Below, piece after piece: positions 33,170-46,231 of a stretch of DNA of 64,000 bases (positions are counted from its first letter, which is position 1; every line of letters starts with the position of its first letter). Under the pieces are notes generated by a model. It had not been told where the DNA came from. It saw nothing but the letters and a program-made list of their open reading frames with translations, and searched no databases. The translations under genes and the position numbers were made by a program. The stretch comes from an uncultured Actinomycetes bacterium (lineage in GTDB: Bacteria; Actinomycetota; Thermoleophilia; UBA2241), in the NCBI GenBank assembly GCA_963755025.1, contig CAVWIH010000034.1, forward strand, positions 1-64,000, written 5' to 3'.

Positions 33170-33262
33170 GCCAGGCGGCGGCGCTACCGACGGCGCCTCG
33201 TCCAGCGCCGCGCCGGCGCCCGCCGTCACGCTCGTTTGTTGCGCCCCCCGCGGCTCTCGGCA

Positions 33263-33487
33263 TAGAATCTCAAGAACTATGCGTCGCAGGGCGACAAGCG
33301 AACGACCTCAGGAGGGCCCCATTCATGTGCGGCCCCGCTGCTACGCTCTCGGCCTGCTCCTCCTCCCCCCGCGGGGGGATGCGTAACACCTGCGGCCGCC
33401 CGGCCACCTTTTTTCTCTCTCATGCAGAGCAGACATCCGGGTCTTGTGGCGCCCTCGCGCCCCTGGATCCGTGGAGGAGTGAGCGAC
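33263..33487 (+). promoter_or_regulatory. Leu-rich leader peptide / LEU-element-like attenuator of leuA
   Basis: TAGAAT -10. Leader ORF (ATG 33279, or GTG 33327 after AGGAGG, to TAA 33386) reads ...YALGLLLLPPRGDA. The Leu codons gctcctcc complement the leuA SD ggaggagt. Confidence 0.7.
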
Positions 33488-35083
<1,596 letters not shown>

Positions 35084-36403
35084 ATGGGACACACGATCGT
35101 AGAGAAGATACTGGCGCGCGCCGCGGGGCGCGACGCCGTGAGTCCGGGAGACATCGTCGAAGCGCGGGTCGACCTGGCCCTGGCCAACGACGTCACCGCG
35201 CCGATCGGCATCGCCGAGTTCGAGAAGGCGGGCTTCACCAAGGTCTTCGACCCGTCGAAGATCGCCCTCGTGCCCGACCACTTCACGCCCAACAAAGACA
35301 TCAAGGCGGCCGCCCAGGCCAAGCTCATCCGCGAGTTCGCCAGGCGCCAGGGCATCAAGAACTTCTGGGAGGTCGGGCGCGTCGGCATCGAGCACGTGCT
35401 GCTGCCCGAGCAGGGCCTCGTGGCGCCCGGCGACGTCATCATCGGCGCCGACTCCCACACCTGCACCTACGGCGCCCTCGCCGCCTTCTCGACGGGCGTG
35501 GGCTCGACCGACTTCGCGGCGGCCATGGCCTGGGGGCGCGTCTGGCTGCGCGTGCCCGACACCATCCGCTTCGTCTACCACGGCCGCCCCTCGCGCTACG
35601 TGGGCGGCAAAGACCTCATGCTGCACACGATCGGCCTGATCGGCGTCGACGGCGCCCTGTACCAGGCGATGGAGTTCACCGGCCCGGCGATCAAGCGCAT
35701 GAGCGTCGACGGGCGCTTCACCATGTGCAACATGGCCATCGAGGCCGGCGCCAAGTGCGGCCTCGTGGGCTACGACGAGACCACGGCCGCCTACCTGCAC
35801 GGCCGCCCCGCCGGCAGCCGCGGGCGCGACGGCGGCGTCGAACTGAACAGCGACCCCGACGCCGCCTATGCGCGCGAGATCGACATCGACGCGTCGGCCA
35901 TAGAGCCCACCGTCGCCATGCCGCACCTGCCCTCCAACACCGCACCGGCGGCCAGCCTGGCCGACGTGCGCATCGACCAGGTCGTGATCGGTTCGTGCAC
36001 CAACGGCCGCCTCGAAGACTTGCGGCAGGCGGCCGAGCTGCTGCGCGGCCGCACCGTGCACCCCGACGTGCGCCTCATCATCCTGCCGGGCACCCAGCAG
36101 GTCTGCCTGGACGCAGCCGCCGACGGCACCATGCAGGCCCTGATCGAGGCCGGCGGCGCCTTCAGCACGCCGACCTGCGGCCCCTGCCTGGGCGGCCACA
36201 TGGGCGTCCTCGCCGAAGGCGAGCGCAGCGTGTCGACCACCAACCGCAACTTCGTGGGGCGCATGGGCCACCCCGGCAGCGAGGTCTACCTGGCGAGCCC
36301 CTACGTGGCCGCCGCCTCGGCGATCGCCGGCCACATCGCCACGCCCGACATGATCGGCGCGAGCGGCGCCCGAAGCGGCTCCGACGCGGGAGGCAGGTCA
36401 TGA
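35084..36403 (+). CDS. leuC: 3-isopropylmalate dehydratase large subunit (homoaconitase-like type)
   Basis: [29 protein letters not shown] and [12 protein letters not shown]. Confidence 0.95.
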   Translation: MGHTIVEKILARAAGRDAVSPGDIVEARVDLALANDVTAPIGIAEFEKAGFTKVFDPSKIALVPDHFTPNKDIKAAAQAKLIREFARRQGIKNFWEVGRVGIEHVLLPEQGLVAPGDVIIGADSHTCTYGALAAFSTGVGSTDFAAAMAWGRVWLRVPDTIRFVYHGRPSRYVGGKDLMLHTIGLIGVDGALYQAMEFTGPAIKRMSVDGRFTMCNMAIEAGAKCGLVGYDETTAAYLHGRPAGSRGRDGGVELNSDPDAAYAREIDIDASAIEPTVAMPHLPSNTAPAASLADVRIDQVVIGSCTNGRLEDLRQAAELLRGRTVHPDVRLIILPGTQQVCLDAAADGTMQALIEAGGAFSTPTCGPCLGGHMGVLAEGERSVSTTNRNFVGRMGHPGSEVYLASPYVAAASAIAGHIATPDMIGASGARSGSDAGGRS

Positions 36404-36908
36404 TCTTCGAGGGCACCGTGCACGCCTACGGACGCGACGTCGACACCGACGTCATCATCCCGGCGCGCTACCTGAACTCGAGCGACCCGGCCGAGCTGGG
36501 CGCGCACTGCATGGAAGACATCGACCGCGACTTCGTGGCCCGGGTGCGGCCCGGCGACATCATCGTCGCCGGCGAGAACTTCGGCTGCGGCAGCTCGCGC
36601 GAGCACGCCCCCGTCGCCATCCAGCGCGGCCGGCGTGTCGTGCGTCGTGGCGGCCTCGTTTGCCCGCATCTTCTACCGCAACGCCATCAACACCGGCCTG
36701 CCCATCGTCGATCTGCCCGGCCGCCGCGGCCGAGGCGCGCACCGGCGACAAGCTGCGCGTCGACGTCGTCGCCGGTGTGGTCGCCAACCTCACGCAGGGC
36801 ACGAGCCACCAGGCCGACGCCTTCCCCGAGTTCATGCAGGAGCTGATCGCCCAGGGCGGCCTGCTGCCTTACGTCAAGGCGCGCCTGGCCGCCGAGGGCA
36901 CGGCGTGA
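36400..36908 (+). CDS. leuD: 3-isopropylmalate dehydratase small subunit (frameshifts ~36625, ~36712)
   Basis: [41 protein letters not shown] and [14 protein letters not shown] fall in three successive frames. Confidence 0.9.
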
Positions 36909-37972
36909 GCGCCGCTTACCGCGTCATGGTCCTGGCCGGCGACGGCGTGGGCCCCGAGATCGTGGCCGCCGCGCAGCGCGTGCTGGCGGCCGCCGGCGAG
37001 CGCTTCGACTTCAGCCTGAGCTACGAGCAGGGGCTGATCGGCGGCATCGCCATCGACGAGACGCGGCCTGCCCATGGAGGCCGGCCTGGCCGACCGCTGC
37101 CGCGGCTGCGACGCCGTGCTGCTGGGCGCCGTCGGCGGTCCCAAGTGGGACACCACCGACCCCGCCAAGCCGCGCCCCGAGCAGGGCCTGCTCGGCATGC
37201 GCAAAGAGCTCGAGCTGTTCGCCAACCTGCGCCCGGTCAAGAGCTTCGCCGCCCTGGCCGGCAACAGCACGATCCGCCCCGAGGTCATCGCCGGGGTCGA
37301 CATCGTCGTGGTGCGCGAGCTCACCGGCGGCGTCTACTTCGGCAAGAGCGAGCGCGTGGGCGACACCGCCTACGACACCATGCTCTACACCGCGGCCGAG
37401 TGCGACCGGCTGCTCGACTACGCCTGCGGCCTGGCCGCCAAGCGCCGCGGCCTGCTGCACTCCGTCGACAAGGCCAACGTGCTCGAGAGCTCGCGGCTGT
37501 GGCGCGCGGCGGCGCAGCGCGCCGCCGCCGACTGGCCCGGCGTCGAGCTGCGCCACATGCTGGTCGACAACTGCGCCATGCAGCTCATCCGCGAGCCCCG
37601 CCAGTTCGACGTGATCGCCACCGAGAACCTGTTCGGCGACATCCTCTCCGACGAGGCCGCCATGCTCACCGGCAGCATCGGCATGCTGCCCAGCGCCAGC
37701 GTGGGGGCCGAGGGCGTGTCGCTCTACGAACCCATCCACGGCTCGGCGCCCGACATCGCCGGTCGCGGAGTGGTGAACCCGTGCGCTACCATTCTCTCAA
37801 CGGCCATGATGCTCGACGCTGAGCCTTGACCAGACCGACCGCGGCGCGCGCCATCGAGGCGGCCGTCGAGGCCGCCCTCGCGGGCGGCGCCCGTACCGCC
37901 GACATCGCCGCCGCCGGCGAGCACGTGCTGACCACCGACGAAATGACCGACCGCGTGATCGCGGCGCTCTAG
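36905..37972 (+). CDS. leuB: 3-isopropylmalate dehydrogenase (frameshifts ~37062, ~37825)
   Basis: [50 protein letters not shown], then RTADIA...[13 protein letters not shown]. Confidence 0.92.
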
Positions 37973-37983
37973 AGGAGGATCGC

Positions 37984-38918
37984 ATGCCCATCCCCGAAGT
38001 CGACAAGATCTGGATGAACGGCGAGCTCGTGGACTGGCAGAACGCCCAGGTGCACGTGCTCACCCACGGCTTGCACTACGGCTCCGGGGTCTTCGAGGGC
38101 ATCCGCGCCTACAAGACCGACCGCGGCCCGGCCGTCTTTCGCCTGACCGCCCACCTCGCGCGCCTGCGGCGCTCCGCCAAGCTCTACTACATGGACGTGC
38201 CCTACACCGACGAGGCGCTCGCCCAGGCGACCAAGGAGCTCATCCACGCCAACGGCCTCGAGCACTGCTACATCAGGCCGATCGTCTACCGCGGCTACGG
38301 CGAGATGGGCCTGTTCCCGCTCGACGCCACGATCGACTGCTCGATCGCCGCGTGGGCCTGGGGCAGCTACCTGGGCGACGAGGGCATCAAGCACGGCGTG
38401 CGCGTGAAGGTCTCGTCGATCAAGAGCCTCGACAGCAACGCCATGACCCCGGCGGCCAAGAGCTGCGGCCAGTACCTGAACAGCCAGCTCGCCAAGATCG
38501 AGGTCGTCAAGGCCGGCTACGAAGAGGCCATCATGCTGAACAACGCCGGCTTCGTCACCCAGGGCACCGGCGAGAACATCTTCATGGTGCGCAACGATCG
38601 CATCTTCACGCCGCCGGTCTCCAGCGGGCTGCTCGAAGGCATCACGCGCGACACCGTCATAGCCATCGCGCCTCGCTCGGCTACCTGGTCGATAGAGCAC
38701 GACTTCACGCGCTCCGACATGGTCGTCGCCGACGAGGCCTTCTTCACCGGCACCGCCGCCGAGATCGTGCCCATCCGCGAGCTCGACGACCACCCGATCG
38801 GCGAGCCCGGCCCGCATCACCCGCGAGATGCAGCGCATCTTCCACGAGATCACCTCGGGCAAGCAGCACCGAGTTCGGCGACTACCTCGAGTACGTCGAC
38901 GAGGCCGTCACGGTCTGA
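37984..38918 (+). CDS. ilvE: Branched-chain amino acid aminotransferase (several frameshifts ~38670-38870)
   Basis: HVLTHGLHYGSGVFEGIRAY, LEGITRDTV and EAFFTGTAAEI; C-terminus EFGDYLEYVDEAVTV*; GAGGAGG RBS. Confidence 0.92.
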
Positions 38919-39033
38919 CGCCGGGCCGGGCCGGGGCTTCGCGCCCCGGCCCGCACCGACCGTCGCCTCGCCCCGGCCCGCAACCACCCGCCGCGCTGTG
39001 CGGTGGCCACGACGATCGAAAGGGACCCGCGCC

Positions 39034-40718
39034 ATGACCGCCGCCGGCGTCACGATCTACGACACCACCCTGCGCGACGGCATGCAGCAGGAGGGGCTGT
39101 CGGTCTCGGTCGACGAAAAGGTGCGCATAGCGCTCAAGCTCGACGAGCTCGGCGTGCACTTCATCGAGGGCGGGTTCCCGGCCTCCAACCCCAAAGAGAC
39201 GGCCTTCTTCGCCCGCATGGAGCGCGAGACGCTGCGCCACGCGGTGCTCGCCGCCTTCGGCATGACGCGCCGCAAGGGCGTGGCCGCCGCCGCCGACCCC
39301 AGCCTGCGCGTGCTGGCCGACGCCTCCACGCCGGTGGTCACCATCGTGGGCAAGACCTGGGGACTGCACCTGCGCGCCGTGCTGCACGTGAGCCCCGACG
39401 AGAACCTGCGCATGATCGCCGACTCGGTCGCCTTTCTCGTGGCCCAGGGCAAGCGCGTGCTCTACGACGCCGAGCACTTCTTCGACGCCTGGGCCGACGA
39501 CCCCGCACTACGCCCTGCAGACGCTGCGCGCGGCGCGCGAGCTCGGGCGCCGAGCTGCTCTGCCTGTGCGACACCAACGGCGCCACGCTGCCGCCCACCA
39601 TCGGGGCGCGTCGTCGCCGAGGTCGCGGCCGACGTGGGCGTGCCGCTCGGCGTGCACTGCCACAACGACGCCGACTGCGCCGTGGCCAACTCGCTCGTCG
39701 CGGTGAGCGCCGGCGCCGTGCAGGTGCAGGGCACCGTGAACGGCTACGGCGAGCGCTGCGGCAACGCCAACCTCACCTCGATCATCCCCGCGCTCAAGCT
39801 CAAGATGGGCCTGCCGGTGGTGACCGACGAGCAGCTCGAGCTCCTCGCCGAGACGGCCCACTTCGTGGCCGAGGTCGTCAACGTCACGCCCTGGGCCCAC
39901 CAGCCCTACGTGGGGCGCAGCGCCTTCACCCACAAGGGCGGGCTGCACGTGGCCGCGGTCGAGGCCGCGCCCGAGACCTTCGAGCACATCGACCCGGCGC
40001 TGGTCGGCAACGAGCAGCGCGTGCTCATCTCGGAGCTCTCGGGCAAGGGCGCCGTGCTGCGCAAGGCGCACGAGCTCGGCTTACGAGCTCGACGGCGACG
40101 ACGAGCGCGTGGGGCGCATTCTGCGGCGCCTCAAGCAAAAGGAGCACGAGGGCTTTCACTACGAGGCCGCCGACGCCTCGTTCGACCTCTTCCTGCACGA
40201 CCAGCTCGAGGGCCGTCAGCCGCTCTTTCGCCTCGAGAGCTTTCGCGTGATCGTCGAAAAGCGCGAGGACGGCCGCGTCGTCACCGAGGCCACGGTCAAG
40301 GTGCACGTGGGCGGCGAGCGCATCATCGCCACCGGCGAGGGCAACGGCCCGGTGAACGCCTTGGACACGGCGCTGCGCCAGGCGATCGTGCGCAAGTACC
40401 CGCACCTCGGCGACATCGACCTGGTGAACTACAAGGTCCGCATTCTCGACGAGAACAAGGGCACCGGCGCGGTCACGCGCGTCCTGCTCGACGCCAGCGA
40501 CGGCGCGCGGCACCTGGGGCGCCATCGGCGTCTCCGAGAACATCATCGAGGCGAGCTGGCAGGCGCTGGTCGACGCCATCGAGTACGGCATGCTGCGCGG
40601 CGGCGCGCCGGCGGCGGCCGGCGCAGATGCGCCGGGCGACGAGCCCGACGCCACGGCTGCGGGCGGCAAACCGGCGGGCCATACCGCGAGCGCCGCGCCG
40701 GCGGCCGACGAGGCGTGA
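39034..40718 (+). CDS. cimA: (R)-citramalate synthase (several frameshifts ~39505-40510)
   Basis: [60 protein letters not shown] and [12 protein letters not shown]. Confidence 0.9.
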
Positions 40719-41502
40719 GCGCCGCCGCCGCACGAACGGCTGCCGTCCGGCCGCGCGCTGGTCGACGGAGCGCCGCGCTTCTGCCTGCTCGACGGCGACA
40801 CGCTGCGCCTGCTCGACCGGCCCGCCTACGAGCCCGAGCGCCCGCGAGGTCGGCCGCGCCGCGGCTGCCGAGGCCCAGGTCCTGGCGCCGGTGCTGCCCA
40901 CGAAGATCGTGGCCGTCGGGCTCAACTACCGCGCCCACGCCGCCGAGCTCGCCATGGCGACCCACGCCGAGCCCATCCTCTTTCTCAAGCCGCCGAGCGC
41001 GCTCGTGGGCCCGCACGACGCCATCGAGCTGCCGGCGGCCTCAGCCCAGGTCGACTACGAGGCCGAGCTTGCGCTGGTGGTGGGGCGGCGCTGCCGGGCC
41101 GCAGGCCCGGCCGACGCCGCCTCCTTTGTGGCCGGCTACACCTGCGCCAACGACGTCACGGCGCGCGACCTGCAGAAGGTCGACGGCCAGTGGACGCGCG
41201 GCAAGAGCTTCGACACCTTCTGCCCCCTGGGTCCCTGGGTGGTGCGCGACGCGCCGCCGCCCGGCGCCGCCGTCACGGCGGCGCTCGACGGCGTGGTGGT
41301 GCAGCAGGGGAGGGTGGGCGACATGATCGTCTCGGCGCTCGACCTGCTCGTCTTCGTCTCGGCGATCATGACGCTCGAGCCCGGCGACATCATCCTTACC
41401 GGTACGCCGCCCGGCGTCGGGCCGCTCCGCGCCGGCCAGGTCGTGACCGTCGCAGTCGAGGGCGTGGGCAGGCTGTCGAACCCGGTGGTCGCCCCAGCCT
41501 GA
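40715..41502 (+). CDS. Fumarylacetoacetate hydrolase family protein (frameshifts in the 5' part)
   Basis: [42 protein letters not shown] and [10 protein letters not shown]. Confidence 0.88.
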
Positions 41503-41541
41503 GCTCGCGGGTCGCTCGAGCCATTGTGCGGCCTGCCTCGG

Positions 41542-42069
41542 CTACGCGAGGCGCGCGAGTATCTCCCGCTGGCACGCCGCGTCGGCGTCCCTCTGCGTGA
41601 CGACGAGGTTCACCTGCATGTTCGTCTCGGCCAGCGCTAGCAGCTCGTCGTCGATGGTGTAGTCCTTCTCGAGCCGAAGCCAGTGCAGCACCTTCGCCAG
41701 ATGCCAGATCGTGGGCCTGCCTTCGTGGATCGGCTTCGGGGCCGGGGCGTCTCGGCCAAAGATCAGCTTGCGCACGTTTTGCCGGGACACACTCAGCAGG
41801 TCCGCGACGTCGGTCAGGCCCACGAAATCGGGAGAAGCCTCGATGAGCTCGGCGTCGGGGAGCGCGCAACGGACATCGGTGATGCCGCTCAGGACAGCCT
41901 CTTCGGCCGAGTCGGCCTCGCGCAGGAAGCTGACGGCAAATCGCCCCTTTTGACCGACGCCGGCGATCGCATCGTCGCAGCCGCAAGCGGCGAGCAGCTC
42001 GAGCGAGTCGTCGACGTCGACACTCTCTGGGTTGAGCGCGAACTTGAGGGTGAACTCGAACTCCTTCAC
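41542..42069 (-). CDS. HicB-like/HTH DNA-binding protein, putative antitoxin
   Basis: N-terminal FLREADSAEEAVLSGITDV (HicB-like) and C-terminal VGLTDVADLLSVSRQNVRKL...W (AlpA-like HTH). Confidence 0.65.
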   Translation of the reverse strand: MKEFEFTLKFALNPESVDVDDSLELLAACGCDDAIAGVGQKGRFAVSFLREADSAEEAVLSGITDVRCALPDAELIEASPDFVGLTDVADLLSVSRQNVRKLIFGRDAPAPKPIHEGRPTIWHLAKVLHWLRLEKDYTIDDELLALAETNMQVNLVVTQRDADAACQREILARLA

Positions 42070-42072
42070 GGC

Positions 42073-42338
42073 CTACTCCTTGTCATCAGAAGCTGCTCTC
42101 GCACTGCAGCCGTCGACGACTCGCCTGATCTGTCGGGCGTGATTCTCGGGATTCCTCGGCGTGCCCCAAATGGACGTGATGCAGAATTCTCCACAGCGGC
42201 AGTCCGGGTCGTTGTGCGGGCAGAACATCTTGCCCCAGCATGAGCTCGCGGTCTGCCGGGCTCCACGAGCCAGCCGTGCTCCTCCGCGTACCTGAGCGCC
42301 TCTTCGATGGGGCCACTGGGGTGCCGCCTTCGCGTCAT
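42073..42338 (-). CDS. HicA-like small basic Cys-rich protein, putative toxin (frameshift ~42237)
   Basis: Repaired reading: MTRRRHPSGPIEEALRYAEEHGWLVEPGRPRAHA[W]GKMFCPHNDPDCRCGEFCITSIWGTPRNPENHARQIRRVVDGC...; GAGGAG RBS. Confidence 0.6.
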
Positions 42339-42356
42339 TCGCTCCTCTCGCGGGTC

Positions 42357-42394
42357 AGTATCGGCACGAGAGGGGCGGTTGTCAAGTGACAACC
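42357..42394 (-). promoter_or_regulatory. Sigma70-type promoter overlapped by an operator palindrome
   Basis: TTGACA-17 nt-GATACT on the - strand; inverted repeat ggttgtca-ag-tgacaacc (42377-42394) covers the -35. Confidence 0.7.
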
Positions 42395-42620
42395 TCCTCG
42401 TTCCCGGTCTGTCGGTGCGCATAACGTGACCCTTGCCGGACCGGAGGGTCGAGCGGTGGCCGCTTCCGCAAGTGCGCGACGCGGTTGGGTATGCGGCGAG
42501 AACAGCAGCGCGGACACGGTGATGATGGCCACCACCACCAAGCCTGATGCTCCGACGAGATCCGGCACCCGATCCGCCATAGACCCACGCCGTCACCGGC
42601 GGGTAGAATCAACGTCCCAG

Positions 42621-45600
42621 ATGGATTCAGGATTCGTCCACCTCCACGTTCACAGCGAGTACTCGCTCCTCGATGGCGCCTGCCGCCTGCGGCCGCTCGT
42701 CGAACGGGTGAAGGAGCTCGGCATGCCCGCGGTAGCGCTTACCGACCACGGGTCGCTGTCGGGCGCGGTGCAGTTCTACCGCGCCGCCAAAGAGGCGGGC
42801 GTCAAGCCCATCCTCGGCCTCGAGCTCTACGTGGTCTCCGACCGCCACGGCCGCGCTTCGGCCAAAGAGCGCTACTCCCACCTCACCATGCTGGCGCGCA
42901 CCAACCAGGGCTACGCCAACCTCATCAAGATCGGTACCGCCGCCTACCTCGAGGGCTACTACTACAAGCCGCGCGCCGACTGGGAGCTGCTCGAGCGCTA
43001 CAACGAGGGCCTGATCTGCCTGACCGGCTGCATGAGCGGGCGCGCCTCGATCATGCTGCGCGAGGGCAACGACGCCGCGGCGCTGGCCGAGCTCGAACGC
43101 CTGATCGGTCTCTTCGGCCGCGACAACGTCTACGTCGAACTGCAAGACGAGGGCATCGCCGAGCAGCGCGAGCTCGTCTCGAAGCTCGCCCTGCTGGCCC
43201 GCCAGGCCGGCTTAAAGACGGTGGCCACCAACGACGTGCACTACCTGCGCCACGAAGACGCCCGCGCCCAGGACGCCCTGGTCTGCATCCAGACGCAGTG
43301 CCAGTTAGACGAGCCCAAGGCCGCGCCGCGCATGAGCACCGAGGAGTTCTATCTCAAAGATGCCGACGAGATGCGCACGCTGTTCGCCGACTACCCCGAG
43401 GCCTGCGACACCACCCTCGAGATCGCCGAGCGCTGCAACGTCGAGCTCGAGTTCGGGCGCACCCTGCTGCCGCGCTACCCGGTGCCCGACGAGCGCAGCG
43501 AAGACGAGTACCTGCGCGACCTCTGCACCGAGGGCATCAGGCGCCGCTACGGCGCCGAGCCCCGCGCCGAGGTGCCCGAGCGCCTCGCCTTCGAGCTCGA
43601 CACCATCCGCGACATGGGTTTCAGCGCCTACTTTCTGATCGTCTGGGACTTCGTCAAGTTCGCCAAAGACTCGGGCATAGCGGTGGGGCCGGGGCGCGGC
43701 TCTGCGGCGGGCAGCATCGTGGCCTACTCGCTGGGCATCACCGACATCGACCCGCTCAAGTACGACCTGCTCTTCGAGCGCTTCCTCAACCCGGGCCGCA
43801 AGTCCATGCCCGACATCGACATGGACTTCTCGGTGGAGCGCCGCGACGAGGTCATCGAGTACGTCGCGCAAAAGTACGGGCGCGACCACGTCGCCCAGAT
43901 CATCACCTTCGGCACCATGGCGGCGCGCGCCGCCACGCGCGACGCCGCCCGCGTGCTGGGGCTGCCCTACGCGATCGGCGACCGCATCGCCAAGATGATC
44001 CCCGAGCAGGCGCCGCCGGCCACCTTCAAGCAGGCCATGGCCAACGGCAGCGAGCTCAAGGTCGCCTACGACAAAGACGAGCCCACCCGCCAGGTGGTCG
44101 ACCTCGCCATGGCGCTCGAGGGCCTCATCCGCAACGACTCCATCCACGCCGCCGGCGTCGTCATCTCCGACCTGCCGCTCACCGAGTACATCCCGCTGCA
44201 GCAAAAGGGCGAGGCCGAGGTGGTCACCCAGTTCGGCATGGACGACGTGGCGGCGCTCGGCCTGCTCAAGATGGACTTCCTGGGCCTGCGCAACCTCGAC
44301 ATCATCGAGGCCGCCCTCAAGCTGATCGAGAAGAGCCAGGGCGTCTGCGTCGACATGACGACCCTGCCGCTCGACGACGCCAAGACCTACGAGATGCTGG
44401 CCCGCGGCGACTCGACCGGCACGTTCCAGTTCGAGAGCAGCGGCATGAAAGAGGCCTTGCGCGAGATCGGTCCCACCGCGTTCGACGACCTCGTGGCCAT
44501 CGTCGCCCTCTACCGGCCGGGGCCCATGCAGTACATCTCGACCTACGCCCGCAACAAGAAGGACCCGGCCTCGGTGGTCTACGACCACGAGGCGCTGCGC
44601 CCCATCCTCGAGCCCACTCACGGGGTGACGATCTACCAGGAGCAGTACATGGCCATCGCCCGCCGGGTGGGCGGCTGCACGCCGGCCCAGGCCGACGACC
44701 TGCGCAAGGCCATCTCCAAGAAGAACAAGAAGCTCATGGCGAGCCTCAAAGACCCGCTCATGGAGGGCCTGCGCGCGAGCGGCCTGCCGCAGAACGTGTG
44801 CAACAAGCTGTGGAGCAACTTCGAGGCCACCGGCGACTACTCGTTCAACAAAAGCCACGCCGCCTGCTACGCGCTGATCAGCTACCGCACCGCGTTCCTC
44901 AAGGCCAACTACCCGGTCGAGTACATGGCGGCGGTCGTGTCGAGCGTCATGAACACCAAAGACAAGGTGCCCTTCTACGTGAACCAGTGTCACGAGATGG
45001 GCATCGACGTGCTGCCCCCCGACGTCAACGAGAGCGAAGTCGGCTTTACCGTGTCCGAGGGCAAGATCCGCTTCGGCCTGAACGCGGTCAAGGGCGTCGG
45101 GGTAGGCGCCATCGAGTCGATCGTCGCGGCGCGCGCCGACGGGCGCTTCAGCTCGATCTACGACTTCTGCGCGCGCGTCGACTCGTCGCTCGTCAACCGC
45201 CGCACGCTCGAGGCGCTCATCAAGAGCGGCGCCTTCGACTCGACCGGCGACACGCGCCGCGGCATGCTCGAAGCCCTGCCCGCCGCGTCGGCGTCGGGCG
45301 AGCGCCGGCGCCGCGACCGCGCCCAGGGCCAGGGTGGCCTGTTCGACGTGCTGGCCGCCGACACGAGCAACGAGATGGCCCACCACCCGGCGATCGGCGG
45401 CGAGGAGTTCGACTCCGACATCCTGCTGCGCTTCGAAAAAGAGGCGCTCGGCCTGTACCTGTCGTCGCACCCGCTCGAGGGCCTGCGCGCCCAGCTGCGC
45501 GACCAGATCGACGCCACCGTGAGCCAACTCGGCGACCTGCGCGACGGCCAGACCCTGTGGACCGGCGGTGTCATCTCGGGCCTCGCGCGCCGCCAGACGC

Positions 45601-46043
45601 GCAGCGGCTCGACCATGGCCGTCTTTCGCCTGGACGACGTCGACGGCGGCATCGAGGTGGTGGCCTTCGGCAGCATCTGCGAGCAGTTCCAGGACCTGCT
45701 CGTCGAAGACGCCATCGTGCTGGTGCGCGGCCGGCTCGACCGCAAAAGCGAAGACGACGTCAAACTGATCGCCCTCGAGCTGCGCCCCTTCGACGGCGTG
45801 AGCGCCAGCCGGCCCCTCACTCTCGTGCTGAACGCCGACCGCGTGCAGATGGACCTGCTCGACGAGCTCAAGTCGATCCTCGGCTCGTTCCCCGGCGAGG
45901 TGCCGGTCGTGCTGCAGCTCACCACGGCGCAGGGACGGCATCGCCTGAAGGTGGGCAACAAGTACCGGGTCGAACCGGTGAGCGGCCTCTACGCCGAGCT
46001 CAAGTGCCTGCTCGGCGAGAGCTGCGTGCGGGTCGGTCGCTAG
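42621..46043 (+). CDS. dnaE: DNA polymerase III alpha subunit
   Basis: FVHLHVHSEYSLLDG, GPGRGSAAGS, MPDIDMDF, FNKSHAACY and a C-terminal OB fold. TAGAAT precedes ATG 42621. Confidence 0.97.
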   Translation: MDSGFVHLHVHSEYSLLDGACRLRPLVERVKELGMPAVALTDHGSLSGAVQFYRAAKEAGVKPILGLELYVVSDRHGRASAKERYSHLTMLARTNQGYANLIKIGTAAYLEGYYYKPRADWELLERYNEGLICLTGCMSGRASIMLREGNDAAALAELERLIGLFGRDNVYVELQDEGIAEQRELVSKLALLARQAGLKTVATNDVHYLRHEDARAQDALVCIQTQCQLDEPKAAPRMSTEEFYLKDADEMRTLFADYPEACDTTLEIAERCNVELEFGRTLLPRYPVPDERSEDEYLRDLCTEGIRRRYGAEPRAEVPERLAFELDTIRDMGFSAYFLIVWDFVKFAKDSGIAVGPGRGSAAGSIVAYSLGITDIDPLKYDLLFERFLNPGRKSMPDIDMDFSVERRDEVIEYVAQKYGRDHVAQIITFGTMAARAATRDAARVLGLPYAIGDRIAKMIPEQAPPATFKQAMANGSELKVAYDKDEPTRQVVDLAMALEGLIRNDSIHAAGVVISDLPLTEYIPLQQKGEAEVVTQFGMDDVAALGLLKMDFLGLRNLDIIEAALKLIEKSQGVCVDMTTLPLDDAKTYEMLARGDSTGTFQFESSGMKEALREIGPTAFDDLVAIVALYRPGPMQYISTYARNKKDPASVVYDHEALRPILEPTHGVTIYQEQYMAIARRVGGCTPAQADDLRKAISKKNKKLMASLKDPLMEGLRASGLPQNVCNKLWSNFEATGDYSFNKSHAACYALISYRTAFLKANYPVEYMAAVVSSVMNTKDKVPFYVNQCHEMGIDVLPPDVNESEVGFTVSEGKIRFGLNAVKGVGVGAIESIVAARADGRFSSIYDFCARVDSSLVNRRTLEALIKSGAFDSTGDTRRGMLEALPAASASGERRRRDRAQGQGGLFDVLAADTSNEMAHHPAIGGEEFDSDILLRFEKEALGLYLSSHPLEGLRAQLRDQIDATVSQLGDLRDGQTLWTGGVISGLARRQTRSGSTMAVFRLDDVDGGIEVVAFGSICEQFQDLLVEDAIVLVRGRLDRKSEDDVKLIALELRPFDGVSASRPLTLVLNADRVQMDLLDELKSILGSFPGEVPVVLQLTTAQGRHRLKVGNKYRVEPVSGLYAELKCLLGESCVRVGR

Positions 46044-46231
46044 CCGGCTCGCGTGCGGCGCCGAGCGGCCCGGTGCCCCCGGCGCCGAGCGCCCCGGTGG
46101 CCCGGCGCCCGGCGCTCGTGGGCGGCGTAACGGCCGCGCCGCTGCACGGCCGGCCGGGTAGTAGCTAGACTGCTGTTCTTGAAGGGCGCCGCCTGGCGCG
46201 GCGCCGCGGTTTGATCGGAGGTCGGACTGCC

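Noticed and set aside
38915-39037. CTG-initiated bridge ORF ilvE-cimA (and CTG AAG CGA TGA before ltaE at 12074)
   Set aside because: CTG is a weak start and both downstream genes have their own SD, so these were not counted as relay ORFs.
37984-41502. 1172-aa ORF suggesting an IlvE-CimA-FAH fusion
   Set aside because: The frame wanders in and out of three genes through indels. Each gene has its own start or overlap and its own stop.
42335-42580. 81-aa ORF ending in an ATGA overlap with the HicA-like gene
   Set aside because: It spans the TA promoter/operator and has no recognisable family or RBS; probably spurious or a remnant.
43305-45941. Long antisense or alternative-frame ORFs here and throughout the window
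   Set aside because: These are shadow ORFs expected from high GC3 codon bias and show no family motifs.
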